DNA of 64,000 bases from Eledone cirrhosa (lineage: Eukaryota), in the NCBI GenBank assembly GCA_964016885.1, contig OZ024743.1:293074001-293138000 (forward strand). Direction: 5' to 3'. Under the pieces are notes generated by a model. That model saw only the letters and a program-made list of their open reading frames with translations. It did no database searches and had not been told where the DNA came from. Positions 14,291 through 28,384 of this stretch are shown piece by piece (the stretch's first letter is position 1; each line of letters begins with the position of its first letter). A program made the position numbers and the translations under genes.

Positions 14291-15286
14291 CTGTCCATAA
14301 GTGTCGAATTAGAGGCGATTTTTGTTCCGGTACTTTGCATTCTGAATTCATATCTAACTGTGGCCTACTTGAGAAATAAAGTTAATGCGTCTCTCAATTT
14401 AATACCACCTTGGGCCTTCGGGTAACTTGATGGTGTTCCTATTTCTGGTTTCAGGATACATTCCTCCCTCTCACCCACCTGTCTTGGAGACTCTGTAATG
14501 AGTCATTGGTACTGTCCTTTCATCCTTGACAACCTTAATAAATAGCTAATTCTAACATATAGGGACAGCAATGGTAATGGTAGAAAGGCAGAGTAAGAAG
14601 ACAGTAGGTCATTGGGTTAACTAGTGAAGTGTATTGGGTAAAGAGCCTTTACCAAACAGTTGGTTGGATTTTCCTTGAATGAGGACTATTATGGTTGTTT
14701 GTGTCGCAAAATCGCCGTCTATAATTGTTTATAGTTTGAATATTTTCTGCTTCTAAAGTAAAAAACACTAATGTTTGTGACACCGTTTTTGTTGTTATGA
14801 ATGTGATACTGCCAGAAGGGTTCGTCAGTGATTCTAAGGGTTAGCACTTCTAACGACTTTTGCGGTCTCAATTTTGTATTATTTAACACTAGTGAGGACA
14901 AGATAACAAGCTGTTTCCTTGATATTCGTAAGTAATTATATCTTCAGGTCACTGAAAGCAATAATATTGTAATTTTTTCCTTTTGAAGAATGTTTTAGCG
15001 ATCTTTGTTCGTGAAGGTGTATGTTTGATGTAAGGTGTATAGGTTATATATCCATGACATTGACATATCAATAGATTTTTATAAAAACATTAAAATGCAG
15101 AGGTTTTCCAAGAAAGACAAACACAGGCTAATTCGCATCCTCCAAGTTTAACCGATTAGAAAATCAGTTAAGATTTGTAAAACATTTGAGTTTCCTTCAA
15201 TGTACACCCGTACAAAATCATATATGTGCATATGACATAGCAATACACATATATAAATCGGAATATCTCTCTCACACACACACAAC

Positions 15287-15321
<35 letters not shown>

Positions 15322-15598
15322 GCACACGCACACGCACACACACACACACACAACACTCGTTTACGTAAGTGCCAGTATTCTATCTATCTCCGGGATGGAC
15401 ACACGCGTGAAACTTGCTGAGTAAGTTCTGCTTAAATTTCTATAGAAATTATTGACTGTAAACTTTCATTTTTGTACCATTTTGTAGAGGGACTGCCAGG
15501 TCAAATTTTGATCTGGCCAGTCTCTCAAAATATTCTACGCCTTTAGGCGAAATAGTAAACAAAAGGTTTTTTTTTTGAAAAGCTAACATTTTTTTTAA

Positions 15599-17392
15599 AT
15601 GGCTGAAGCTTCTACACAAAAATTCGAAGGAGGAAAGGGGAAGATATGCTTACAGCTTCCCCCTGCCACTGTCATAGTAGCAGATGTCAAGTACAAAGGT
15701 CAGCCAGAGGAAGGATTTTCTCCACCTGCTGACCGATAACTTGATGTTGCCATGGCAACAAACCAAAAGTGTGAAACAATGAACAAAAACAACACAACCA
15801 ACGGCACCAGCAACAACAACAACAACAATGCTACGAACGAAAACAACACCAACAACAATAACAATAACAACAACAACAAGACCAATAACTGTGATAACAA
15901 CAACAATGATAACAACAACATCACCAACAACAACACAAACAAGGAAAAGGTTCCTTCGCCCAGGCGGCAAGGAAAATCCTCGACTATCTGCCAGTAGATA
16001 TAAGCAAAGCGAAGGAGCTACTGGCAGATGCCAAAAAATACATAATGTACGGGGAAAATGGATCGTTTTCGATCCCCCCCCCCTGGAACTAAAAAGCCAG
16101 AGACTCCTAAACACTGCCATGTTTAGGACAGTCTCAAACAAAAGCAAAAAACCAGCTTAACCATCACAGAGTGAGATAGAGCTGGTTTTAAAAGATGTCA
16201 GGAAAGACATCATACTCATTCAGAAGGATAGACTCTACGGGAGTCTATCCATTCTCATGAAGGACAGGGACACAGCAGTGAAACTGTCCATAAAACCAAT
16301 CACATCCACCGCATACACCTTCTACCCTACGTACATGGGTAGAAGGACACAAAAAATAAAAATTCACACCATCCTTCCGATTATGGACATATGGTGGGTA
16401 TTGACAGCTTTCCTGAACCTAGACGATGACACACTAATATCCATGGGAAAGGCATCGAGTGACGCGTTCAGTGGAACGAGCCTCGAACTTGTAGTTCAAA
16501 TGAGGCCCGAAAGGATCGCCCAGATCGCTGAACGCGTCATACTGGATGATCATATTTTATCAACATTACCATTAAGGGTAGGCGGCCCTTGTGTTTACTC
16601 TGTGGAGTCAGAGGTCACCTGAGGGCTGTCTGTCCTCAACTTAATAAGAAAACCCCAATCCTGCCTACACCACCAACAACTGCACAACCAACACAAAATC
16701 AACAACCACAGCTCAAACCAAAACAAAACAATGTCCAACCCATCCCCCCCCCCACTAAAAAAAAACAATTTCCAAAACACCCGCACCGCAAACACAACCA
16801 GAAAATCTACCCCTCCCCTCCAACGCGGAAGATGACCCTCGTTCGTCGTCAGACGAGGAGGAGCACTTCCACACAATCAAAAGAAAAAAAAGAAAACACA
16901 CCTCTGACACACAAATGAAAACAACCCCTCCCCAAAACATAACACAGACACCAACACAAAAGACCACACAACAACAGCAAACAAAAAACACCACACAAAA
17001 ACAAAAACATGCATACACGTACATAAACACAAGAAATAAAAAACTGCTAAACATTGTGTACAACAATTTAGTAAAAACCCAAGGGCCTAACTTCACCCAG
17101 GCAGGGGATTTCCCCCTCCTCAAAATGATTAAGGCCCCAGAGGACACATATAAAACACGAAAAAACAACTTTCAATAGGACGTGCCCCCCCCCCCCCTGC
17201 GTCGGGCCCATTAACCGCGACCTCCAAAAAAACTTCCACACCCCCTCCCCAAACACCCACGCAACTCCAAACACCCCAACCACACAACACACTGATGCCC
17301 CCACACTTCCACAAACCACCACCCCACCCAACAACCCATCCCCCACCCTCATGGAAATTGTGCAGCCCGTTACCCGGGACGCAGAGAGGTAA
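15599..17392 (+). pseudogene. ORF1 (gag-like), frameshifted
   Basis: CCHC knuckle CLLCGVRGHLRAVC; Asn-rich and Pro/Thr-rich low-complexity tracts. Confidence 0.7.
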
Positions 17393-17416
17393 CTGCTTTT
17401 TCTCTTCACCACCAAC

Positions 17417-19822
17417 ATGGCTATGCTGAGAGTAGGCTGTCTAAATGCGCGTGGCCTGGGCTCAACTTGGAAGCAAGCAATGCTTCTAAATGACCTCAGG
17501 TCACAACGTATAGATGTGATGGTTATTTGCGAGGCCCGGATCAGCAACATGCGACAGCTGGCCCCCACCTTTGATAACTTTGAGATGCACGCATCTCTCT
17601 GTCAGCCCGGAGGTGGGGGTGGGGTTGTCGTTCTGCTGCAAAAACATCTGGGTCTCGCAACACAGACGGTACATTTGGACCCGGAGGGTCGACTAGTGGT
17701 TCTGGACCTTGGCAGTGGTGAAGGCGGAGCGTTTAGGTTGGTAGCCGTCTACGGCCCTTTCGGGTCAATGCGGCCGGACTTCTTCCATCGTCTGGAGATT
17801 TTTCTAGGGACGTCCCGCTCCTTGCTATTAGTGGGGAACTGGAATGGTATCCTAGATGCACGTTGGGACTACGTAGGGGCCTGTCCCGATAGAGAGGGGT
17901 GTAATAGCCTCAAAGAGTTAATCAGTCGTTTTGACCTGGCCGATAGATATCGACTAGATTTTCCGACTGCGCCAACCTGGACTTTGGCAAACCGTAGCGG
18001 ATCATCTAGGTCGTACCTAGATAGGATTTTTGTAAAAAATAAGGATAAGGACTTTTTAAGTTGTCCAAAGATGCGCATGGTTGGCTATTCAGACCACAAG
18101 TTAGTGACTTGCATGGTCAACCTTGACAGAACGCATAGACAGCGACCCGATTACTGGAAGCTCAACTTGTCCTTACCGGCAAGTAAGGCTTACAGGGACC
18201 GGATTAGCACTTTAGTTAAGGAGCGGTTGACGGGCGCCATCGTCAACAGCAGGTGGTGGGGATCTCTCAAAAGAGAGATTAGAGTAGTCTCTATAGAATT
18301 TAGTAAGGAGTTAGCCTCAAATAGAAATAGGAAGGAAAGGGAGTTGGTAGATAGTGTAGAAGAGGCAATTAGAAGCGACGACGTGGCCAGAGTGCTAGCG
18401 TCGAGAACGGCCCTGGGCCAGATCTTCGACGCGAAACACGAAGGCTGCATCGTCCGAAGCAAAATACGTGCTCTGGGAAACGAGGGGACCAAAGCTGTTA
18501 GCTGGGCCCGTGTGACAGATGCCAAAAGAGGGAGTAGATCCACTATCCGGTCTTTGTAAGACCAGGATGGACGGGTGATCCTTGAACCTAATCAGATGTG
18601 CGAGGCTTTTCAAAAGCATTTTGCCAGATTGTTCGGAAGGGGCGGGGAGCTGGTTGGGGAATTGCACTTCGGTCCATACCTCGACGGCCTGTCGCGTCTC
18701 TCGGACAGGGAGGCGAAGTCCTGCGAGGAGCCGATTTCAGCCGCTGAGATAGAGGACGTGCTGAGCCAATGCGGCAAACGCAAATCCCCGGGTCTCGATG
18801 GTCTTCCATACGAACTATATTTAGCTATGCCGGACTTGTTCCCCGATTTCCTCGAAGCGGTCTACTGCAACTGACAACAGAAAGGGAGAATTCCCTGTGC
18901 TGTGACCAAGGGTGTAGTCACGCTAGTGAGGAAGGACGAGAACAAGGGGGACGATATAAATAATTTCAGGCCCATAACTCTGCTAAATGCAGAGTTACAG
19001 ATTTTAGCCAAGGTGCTAGCAAAGAGGTTGGCGCTTGTCGTGGGCAACCTGGTGGGAGATGCGGAGACGTGCTATCCCGTCCAGGTCCATCCACGACAAC
19101 CTCCACCTCATGCGATACATCATAGAGAGGTTTGGGAACGAACCCGGCTTTGGTGGGGCCCTGATCAACTTGGATCAATCTAAAGCGTTCGATAGGGTCG
19201 ACCATGGTTACCTGGATGCGGTGCTAGTGGCGGCAGGCTTCGGACCCGTTGTCAGGGGCTGGATCACTGCCATGCACAGCAGCCGCATCTGCTCTAGGGT
19301 CAAGGTGAACGGCTACCGCTCGGAGCCGTTCGAAATCGCGCGGTCCATCCGACAAGGGTGCCCTCTCTCCTCCCTTCTGTATGTAATGACTCTAGAGCCA
19401 CTGCTGCGGAAGTTGGAGTTGTTGCAGGGCATCCCGTTGGAACCGGGATTGCATTGGTACACTGCTCGGATATTGCCGATCTGTGGGGCTATGTCGAAAA
19501 ACTGCTGTCAAGGGTGGGACCGATCCGGTTGACCACCGAGTCTCTTGTAACGATCAAGCCGCCTCCCCTCTTCAAAAACGAAGGAGGGGCGGTGTTTCTG
19601 TGCGTAATAGCCATGGCGAAAGAGGTTGTATGGCGAACGCGTCTGACTGAGGTCAGACACCTTTCTCTCTGGTCAACAACTGGTCCGTTTCTTCCGATAT
19701 CATTTCAGAAGAAGGATCAGGATGGAGAGAGAGGTGCTGCACCCCAGCCGTTTTTATGAAAGATGGGTGAAAGTCCGAGAATCGCCCGTGTGAATCGGCC
19801 TTCACTCTACATCAGACTATAG
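17417..19822 (+). pseudogene. ORF2 APE endonuclease-reverse transcriptase with stops and frameshifts
   Basis: CLNARGL, YLDRIF, SDH, YWKLN (APE); KSPGLDGLPYE, FRPITLLN, LDQSKAFDRVDH, RQGCPLS (RT). Confidence 0.92.
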
Positions 19823-20985
19823 GTGAGGAAGATGAAAGATCAAGTGCTCCTGAGGAGAAGGGTTGCACACTTTTTTCGGGGGTGTGTGCGACCCCCCAAA
19901 GCGCCTCCTCCCTATTGAGGATTTTGTTATTAAATTTATTTTTGTTATATTTTATTTTATTTTTATATCTTGTTATTGCCTCCTCCTTATGGAGGACGCC
20001 TTTTCGTGTAAACTCCCCCCATTGTACTTCTCCCATATTTTGATGCCCTGGTGGCAAATAAAAAGAAAATTATCTAATATATAAATCTTCATATATGCAC
20101 ACATTAACTCACTCACATATTCCCTTTACATTGACCCTTTGTTATTCACAGGCTTGGATTTGGCGAAGATATATAGGCATCTACATATAAATACATATCT
20201 ACACACCTACATATGTACATAATATGTACGAAGTAGAACGATCTAGAGAGACTGGACGAGAAAGAAACTGGGATACCGTTAGATCGATGTTTGTATGAAC
20301 ATGTATTTATCTATAGGTATGTGTTTGTATAAATATGTATATGAATGTGTGAAAGTTTATATATATGTGCATCTATATGTGTATGAAACACAGAGAAAGA
20401 AAAATATGTGAAAGACTAACAAAATGAAAACAAACAAGCGTTTGGTAGACACCATTAACATGAAAAAGTTAACATAAAAGACAACAAAAATAAGCAAATA
20501 TAAAAGACAAGCCGAGCAAACAGTAGAGAAAAGCAAAACTGTAGAAAGAAAATGGCTAGAACAAGGTAAAGCCCAGGTACTAACTAGCAAATAAAACTCA
20601 GAGATGGCAAGAGACTCGTAATATATAGGCGTGTATATATGGAGGTGTATCATATTCAACATGGCGTGATCTGTATAACTGTACGAAAGCAAGAGTTTTC
20701 TTACCTAGATTCTACTTTTTTTTCTATTCTTTTTCTCGTTCAATTTTTCTGAATAGAGCTTATGCTTGAAACGTCTATTTCTATAGCATCAACCTAATGA
20801 CTATGTTTTCCTAACATTGTCTTTCATGTTTCTTTTCTTGTCGACAATTTTGTCTCTCTTTCCATTTGCTAATACTATCTATCGGTCGAAACTCCAGGTA
20901 GAAGGAGCAACGTGAAATAAAGAGTCTTGCTCAAGGACATAACGCATATATATGTCCTTATATATATATATATATATATACATAT

Positions 20986-21090
<105 letters not shown>

Positions 21091-21124
21091 TACATAGATA
21101 TATATATACATATATATATATGCA

Positions 21125-21269
21125 TTCTACAGAACTATAACTGTTTCATTCGTATGAAATCATTAGGAATCTCTTAGTGATTTCATGCGTATGAAACAGT
21201 TCTAGTTCTGTAGAAGTCATTTCTATATATTATAAAGAGGCCTAAAATCTACCAACGTATTGAGTACCT

Positions 21270-21275
<6 letters not shown>
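21125..21275. mobile_element. Second, more decayed palindromic mini-PLE of the 11.8 kb family
   Basis: Inverted arms 21125-21215 with gaaacagtt(c/a)tagttctgtagaa; cores mutated; (TA)n flanks. Confidence 0.7.
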
Positions 21276-21303
<28 letters not shown>

Positions 21304-22589
21304 TGAGAGAGAGGGGGAGGGGGATTCTATTCTTACTAAATGACCAAATGTTTCCAATCACGTCTCGTAAAAGAGTACGCGGTGATGTTACAAATGACAT
21401 CTCATTTAAATCGCTCACCAAATATAAAAGTTGAAGGATACGTTAAACAGTGTGATCCATGGTATGCGTAAAGAAAGTTTGAATAGTCATGGCTAATGTA
21501 TTTAGTCAATGTTGACCAAGGGCTAAACAATAACAATTATTAACAGATAAGATCGTTCGACCTGCTAGAAATAGTAGCAATATACCCTTCAAATCACAAC
21601 CTACCGTCTTAAAAACAAGGATGCATTGATGACAAAAACAAGAAAAAAAAAGACATGCCCATTGCAGGAAAACCTTAAAGTATACGAGGATAGGCTGACA
21701 TTCATGCTAGAGCTATGAAATCTTGCATGCATTAATTTCAACTCTTATTAATAACTGCATTGTTTATTTCAAAGGATGTTGAAACATAAACCTCAGTTGG
21801 TCATTCCATGAGGGTATCATGCTCAGCCTATGAACTTTTCAGCCAACCATGGTATGTCTGCTTCATATGATAGATCTGGGTTTAAATGACAACATCGACG
21901 ATGATGACGACGAGGGCTATTAAGACAAAACAACACATCTTAAAATTCTCCCACCATCGAAACTAAAGCTATCCCAACTCATCACCCTGGCCTTGTGTAA
22001 TTTGTCTTACCTGACATACAAGACGGGTGAAGATGTAAGGTGAGGAAAAACATTGGTGGGAGGCAGTGAATTGAAAAGAAGTTATGTGCTGACACAGGAA
22101 CAAGTGAAAGAAGAGGAGGGGGTCATAATGGTGGCAGTAATGGCGAGCTGGAAGGGGGTGTTGAACTAATAAATTTCTTTACCTGTCATGAAAACTATAT
22201 CGAGGTATCCAATAGCAATCCCGGCTGGTGCGTCATATTTGTGGATATGTGTATGTCAATGTGTGCAATAAATACACACACACAAACACGAATTTATATA
22301 TATATATATATATGTATACATATATGTATACATATATGTATATATACACATACATCATCATCATCATTTTACGTCCAATTTTCCCTGCTTGTAAGGGTGG
22401 GACGGGAACTGATTCTGGCTTGATTTCTACAGCTGGATGCCCTTCCTAACACCAACCTCATTTTACAGTGAGTGCTGGGTGCTTTTTTGCCGTGGTACTT
22501 ACACGTCCACTTTACAGTGTGGGCTGGGTGCTTTTTTGCGGTGACACCTCCACAACCACTTTGCAGCGGTATTATAGGGACCCCAGTCT

Positions 22590-22720
22590 TTTCTACAGCT
22601 GAGTAAACTGGAGCAATGTGAAATAAAGTGTCTTGCTCAAGGAAACAACACATCATCCGATCTGAGAATTGAACTCACAACCTTTCGATTGCAAGGCCAA
22701 TGCTCTAACCACTAAGCCAT
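22590..22720 (-). mobile_element. tRNA-derived SINE with CORE-like domain
   Basis: GGCTTAGTGGTTAGAGC...GAGTTCAATTC followed by ccttgagcaagacactttatttcac; partial copy near 20900-20945. Confidence 0.75.
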
Positions 22721-22721
22721 G

Positions 22722-22870
<149 letters not shown>

Positions 22871-23626
22871 GTGCCTCCATATATATATATGTGTGCCTCC
22901 ATATATATATATATATGTGCCTCAATATATATATATATATATATATATAAAGTTATGAAATGAAAGGAGCTGTGTGTTTACTAAAAACAAGGTTTAGGGT
23001 GGTGGTTAGGACGGAATAGGAGGAGAAAGGAAGAAAGGAGTTTCCATCGTCAGCTGTAAATGTTTCCCGAACCGATGTTTCGGCGCTGAATTACAGGACA
23101 CCGGTGTAGTTCGGGTGCGCCCGAGGCCTTTTATTAATCAAAAGGCCAGGTGGAAAAGGAGAGAGAAAGGGAGAAAAAAGGGGAGAAAAAGGAGAGAGAA
23201 AAGGAAAGAGAGGGAAAGGAGGAAGAACAGGGGGGGGGGGAGAAAGGGGGAAGGGAAAAGGGGAAAAAAATAGGAAAGGAATAGGAGAAAAGGTGCACAG
23301 GTCCTATCGTGGGAAGACACAGGTGAAAGAAACATGCAAAAATAACCGTGGAAAAATAGGGAAAGTAAGTTATGGCCAACCTGGGAGACTTTAGCCTCGT
23401 GGTCAGCTACGACTCAGAGCTGGTATAATCGTGCTGCCTCTCACATACACAGGAGAAAGTGAGAGAGAGACACGTGCAACCAAATGCGGGGATGAGAAGG
23501 GAAAAGGAGATAATCCAGAAGTTTTTTTTTTTTACGACGGTGGTGAAAACGTGCCGCAAAGATTGCGGACAGCTAGGCCACCACGGCACGTGTAAACATG
23601 TCAACAATCAAAACCGAGCGGATGGA

Positions 23627-23649
<23 letters not shown>

Positions 23650-23657
<8 letters not shown>

Positions 23658-24574
23658 TTATTAAAATAACAGATAAAGTTTAAGCAAAGAATCGCTGCTT
23701 TCACCCTTAACGGGATCTTCTGAAACTAACAAAGTCAATCTGTAAACGCAGAAGTGGATATTTCAAAAAACGTTGCAACCGGAGGAAGACAGGAAGACGA
23801 TAGTTTGGTTCGTGGAAACGTTCCCTGGCAAAGAACGGGAAAAAACGAATATAATACGTCATTAATAGGAGCGGTGAAAAACAATTACGCGCAAAGCCAG
23901 AACCACGTTTATGGTATAAAAGAAGTCGTAGACTAATGTTCTCTTAGGTGGTTCATAGAGACGTTCTCTGGCAATGAACGGAAAAAACGAAGATAATACG
24001 TCATATGTGGAGCATGGAGAACAATTGCACGCAAAGACAAAACCACGTAAATTGTATAGCTGAAATCGTAGACTAAAATTCTAACTAGGAAACCGAATGA
24101 ATCTCCGCTTCAGAGTTAAGAATAAAGTAAATAAAATACAATACAGAGGTAAAATAAATACTTACCTATGCAAATAAGTAATGGTATAAACAAAACATAT
24201 ACTTAGCTATCATATCAATACGTAAAATATCCCCGTATAGATCGTACTATCCGTTAGGGTATAACGTGGGGCTGTAATACAGGAAAGTTTTGTGCAATTT
24301 ATGTTTACAAGCCGAAATTGCCTCAGATTTTTTGTTTAAGATGTGGTCTGTGGCGTAGAGTATTTCCAGGGCCTCAGCGGCGCAGAGGTCACATGGTCTT
24401 TTATTTCCGTTATACGATCTAGCCCTAGCTAGGATCTCCCAGTGTAACTTATATTGGGTGTGGTTCTCTTTTAGACTCCAGATATAAGCTGAAAGTGACG
24501 TCATATTCCTTCTTAGAGGGTAACGAAAAGAATGGGTATGCATGTAAAGACGCTGCTTGAATCTATTGGCGGTT

Positions 24575-24577
<3 letters not shown>
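23650..24577 (-). mobile_element. Naiad-type PLE family B, 5'-truncated 3' fragment
   Basis: ORF end (RFKQRLYMH...PCDLC...YPNG*) and 3' UTR near-identical to ~39560-40910, lacking ~39990-40400; TA flanks. Confidence 0.92.
23669..23743 (-). ncRNA. Type I hammerhead fold, core CAGAAGA (U4A)
   Basis: agttt-CAGAAGA-t ccc gtta aggg t-GAAA-gca..tgc-TT-aaact; distal acagat/atctgt pairing. Confidence 0.65.
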
Positions 24578-24671
<94 letters not shown>

Positions 24672-24781
24672 ATATATACACACACATACACATATATACA
24701 TATATACATACATATATCAATATACATACATACATACATACATACATACATACATACATACATACATACATACATACACAC

Positions 24782-24876
<95 letters not shown>

Positions 24877-24892
24877 CGCGTGTGTCTGTGTC

Positions 24893-25150
24893 TCAGTCTG
24901 TTGGCTTTTTTTCCGGGACGACCTTGCAATATGGCTTATGAAATGTTGAAATTGCGCATTTGGTGTCTTGTGAGATGTTATCGCTCCCGTTTTGCTTCAG
25001 GATCTCTTCCTGAATCCTATTCCAGTTAGCCTTATGAAAATTTAGGGTGGATATATTCCCGGTGCTTCCTGCTGGTTGATCTCTTCTGACTCCCTCGGAC
25101 AATATATCATTAGGTATAGTATGTTATGATCCGAAAAAGTTGTCGAAACT
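24893..25150 (-). mobile_element. CR1-like LINE endonuclease fragment
   Basis: SDHNI motif followed by LNFHKANW. Confidence 0.65.
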
Positions 25151-25310
25151 ACAAGGATACTAAATCGACAACAGAAGACGAACAATTTGGCGTTCATGCC
25201 GGTTTTTTCTGTAATCTTTCGAGTTTTTGTTTTCTCTATTGACTGATTTCAGTTTCTTTGTTCATGTTCTACCGTCTGCTCTTTCAACCTATTGTACAAC
25301 TTCTACCATG

Positions 25311-25402
<92 letters not shown>

Positions 25403-25438
25403 GCACACATATATATATATACATATATACACGCACAC

Positions 25439-25483
<45 letters not shown>

Positions 25484-25544
25484 CATACATATTTATATAT
25501 ACATATGTATTTATATATACATATGTATATATATATATATATAT

Positions 25545-25633
25545 ACATGCATACCCATTCTTTTCGTTACCCTCTAAGAAGGAATATGACGTCACTTTCA
25601 GCTTATATCTGGAGTCTAACCACACCCAATATA
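25545..25633 (+). mobile_element. Short family B PLE fragment
   Basis: [25 protein letters not shown]; inverted copy of ~24450-24547. Confidence 0.85.
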
Positions 25634-25988
25634 TATATTAAAGAAAGAACAATGATGCTTGCAAAGCAAAACACGAGGAAAATAAATAAGATTTTATCAT
25701 TATCACCACCTCCACCACAACCGTCATTTTAATCATAATCATAACCATCATCATCATCATTGTCATCGCATCCACCATCATCATCCCGTCGCCACAACCA
25801 TCACCACTTTGGGGGTGGTTGTTTCTCTGATGTTGTTGGTTATTATTGATGTGGTGCAGGTGTTAGTGGTAATGGTGGTTGTTGAATTCGTTGTGGTGCC
25901 TATGGTAGTTGTGCTTGTGTTTATTGTTGTTGCTGTAAAGTACATAAATGTAACATTCAGAATGTTGTTTATATGTGTATGAATGTTT

Positions 25989-26054
<66 letters not shown>

Positions 26055-26056
26055 CG

Positions 26057-26176
<120 letters not shown>

Positions 26177-26364
26177 ATATGTAATTCTGTTTACGTCAGA
26201 CTATAAAAAAGTGTTGCTTTTTTGTATCTTTTTGAGTGTATTCAGGCGTAAAGATTTCTATAGATGATTAATATTTAGGAGTTTTTTTACCTACCTAGCT
26301 ACCTAGACAGACAGGCAAGCAGACAGGAGAGACAGGCAGACATGCAGATAGATAGATAGATAGA

Positions 26365-28360
26365 TTTCTTATTTGCCACAAGAGCGCACAAGAAATGGGA
26401 CATTACAGGACGTATTGCGAGGATTTTATATTTAAGCATGTAAACAAATGTTTAACATTTATAGAATAATAAATAACAATCGAAATCCCCTATAGGGGGA
26501 ACGTTACAATTGGGTTGTTTTACACCCCGTAGATAGAATAATCCTCAACTCCAGGAGCATGTTTTGTAAGTGCGCTTGTCTTCCTCTTTTGTCTTCTTCA
26601 ACCTACAGGTTTATATACAGAGAAGGCCCTATCACTCTGGCCATTTTCGCCACATTCACCGACCTTTCAACGAATTTACTGGGGTGCAGCACCTCTCTCG
26701 CCACTCTCATTTTCCTTCTAAAGAAAGGAATGAGTTGTTGTCCGGAGAGGAAGGTGTCTCTCCTCAGTCCTTTTAATCTCGTCCACCATATTACCTCTTT
26801 CGCCATAGCCACCAGACAGAGGAAAAATCGCCTCTCATTTTTAAATGAAGGCGGTGGCGTGATCCTCACGATGGACCCGTTTGTCAACTGGATTTGTCCA
26901 ACACGTGACAATAGTTGTTCGACAGTTCCATAGGTCGTCTACGCCTAGGCTCTGTACAATTGCGTGCAGAACGGTTTCAATGTCCTGCTCGCGTCTTGGA
27001 CAGGTCCTTTTGGCAGGATCTCTGCCAGGGCGTCCGTGCCTATAGATCTTGTCTTGAACAAGTAGAGCTTCTCGGTAGCACTGCCAGGCCAGAGACCTCT
27101 GGAAGTTATTCATAGGTCCTGGGCGGAAAGTCCTCCCGAACAGACTTGTCAGTTCGTCCTCTTCGACGCCTAGAGTCACCCCGAGAACGTCGTCGAACTT
27201 ATCCTCCACTAACTCTCTATAGAATGTTGACGTGGAGTCATTGTTGATTGTCGTGTCGGGCTGATAGAGGACTGTGAGCGCCTGAGCTAGCTCGAGATGT
27301 CAGGCGCCCATTTTCGGTCTTCGCTTGACCCAGGACTGCATCTCCGTTAATGAGACGAGTTGCGGAAAAGCTTGACTCACAAACGACGACCACACCGATT
27401 CACCGGTCAGGAATACGTGGAGATGGCGTATCCTCAGCGCGTGTTTGCGCATCAACAGCCACGGATGCCCAGCCCTCCGCTGGAAGTGTGTTGGCAGCAG
27501 ACGGATCTCCTCACCAATAGAGGCTGTTTCTTCCAAAGGAACTTGAAGAGTAGGAGTACCATTTTGGCGATGTGATCTCGGAGACAAGGCATGACCGTCA
27601 AGCGGTAGTAGATGATGGACGCTATGTAAGTGTTCGCCACCTCAGCTCGACCTTTTAAGGAGAGTTTGCACTCAGCCCACTTCTGGGTGAGCGCAAACAA
27701 GGTCATCTTTTCCGTGACCTCGTTCCAGTTTTTCTCCACGTGGAGGTCTGGACCGAGCAATTTCACCAGTCCTTCCGTCCAGCGTCAAACAACGCTGTCG
27801 GACGGCATCGGTTTGCCTCGCCACGTGCCGAGCTGCAAACCGACAGACTTGTCCGGGTTCAGTTTTGCTCCCGTCAGCGTTTCGTATTCCAGTATTAAGT
27901 TGCCGATCACTCCGATTTTCAAGGTTTTCGACACCATTACGCAGTCCTGGTTCCATCGGAATGCCCTGCAATAGCTCCAACTTCCGCAGTAGTGGCTCGA
28001 GTGTCAGTACATACAGAATGGAGGAGAGATGCCATTCCTGGCGGGTGGAATGCGTAATTTGGAATGGCTCTGATAGGTAGCCTTTCACCTTGACTGCCGA
28101 GCGATGTTGCTGTGCATGGCAGTGATCCAGCCTCTGAAGATGGTTCCGAAACCGGCCACCTTGAGAACCGCTTCCAATTATTGATGGTCGACCCTATCGA
28201 ATGACTTAGATTGATCTAATTCGATCAGAACCCCACCGAACCCAGGTTTACACCCTACCCTCTCTATTAAGTATCACATGAAGTGGAGGTTGTCGTGTGT
28301 GGTCCTGGTTGGGATTGCACACGTTTGTGCTTCCCCTACTAGGCTCTCGACGACAAGCGT
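26365..28360 (-). mobile_element. Tx1/L1-like element, 5'-truncated
   Basis: RT and C-terminal ORF2 pieces (LSLKGRAEVAN, GGLG, LAWQCYREAL); (GATA)n on both sides. Confidence 0.9.
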
Positions 28361-28384
28361 CAGATAGATAGATAGATAGATATA

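Larger units (their letters stand above)
15390..20068 (+). mobile_element. Tx1/L1-clade non-LTR retrotransposon, near full length, decayed, with internal deletion
   Basis: ORF1 with zinc knuckle, ORF2 APE-RT, 3' UTR ending in AATAAA-like signal; deletion near 19448 relative to the 26-29 kb copies. Confidence 0.9.

Noticed and set aside
20745-20790. CTGAATA-gagc..gctt-GAAAC hammerhead-like remnant
   Set aside because: Position 8 does not pair with position 3, and stems I and III are missing
23040-23150. Minus-strand CTGACGA with nearby GAAAC motifs and hairpins
   Set aside because: Could not assemble consistent stems I-III; probably a PLE-like tail but unsupported
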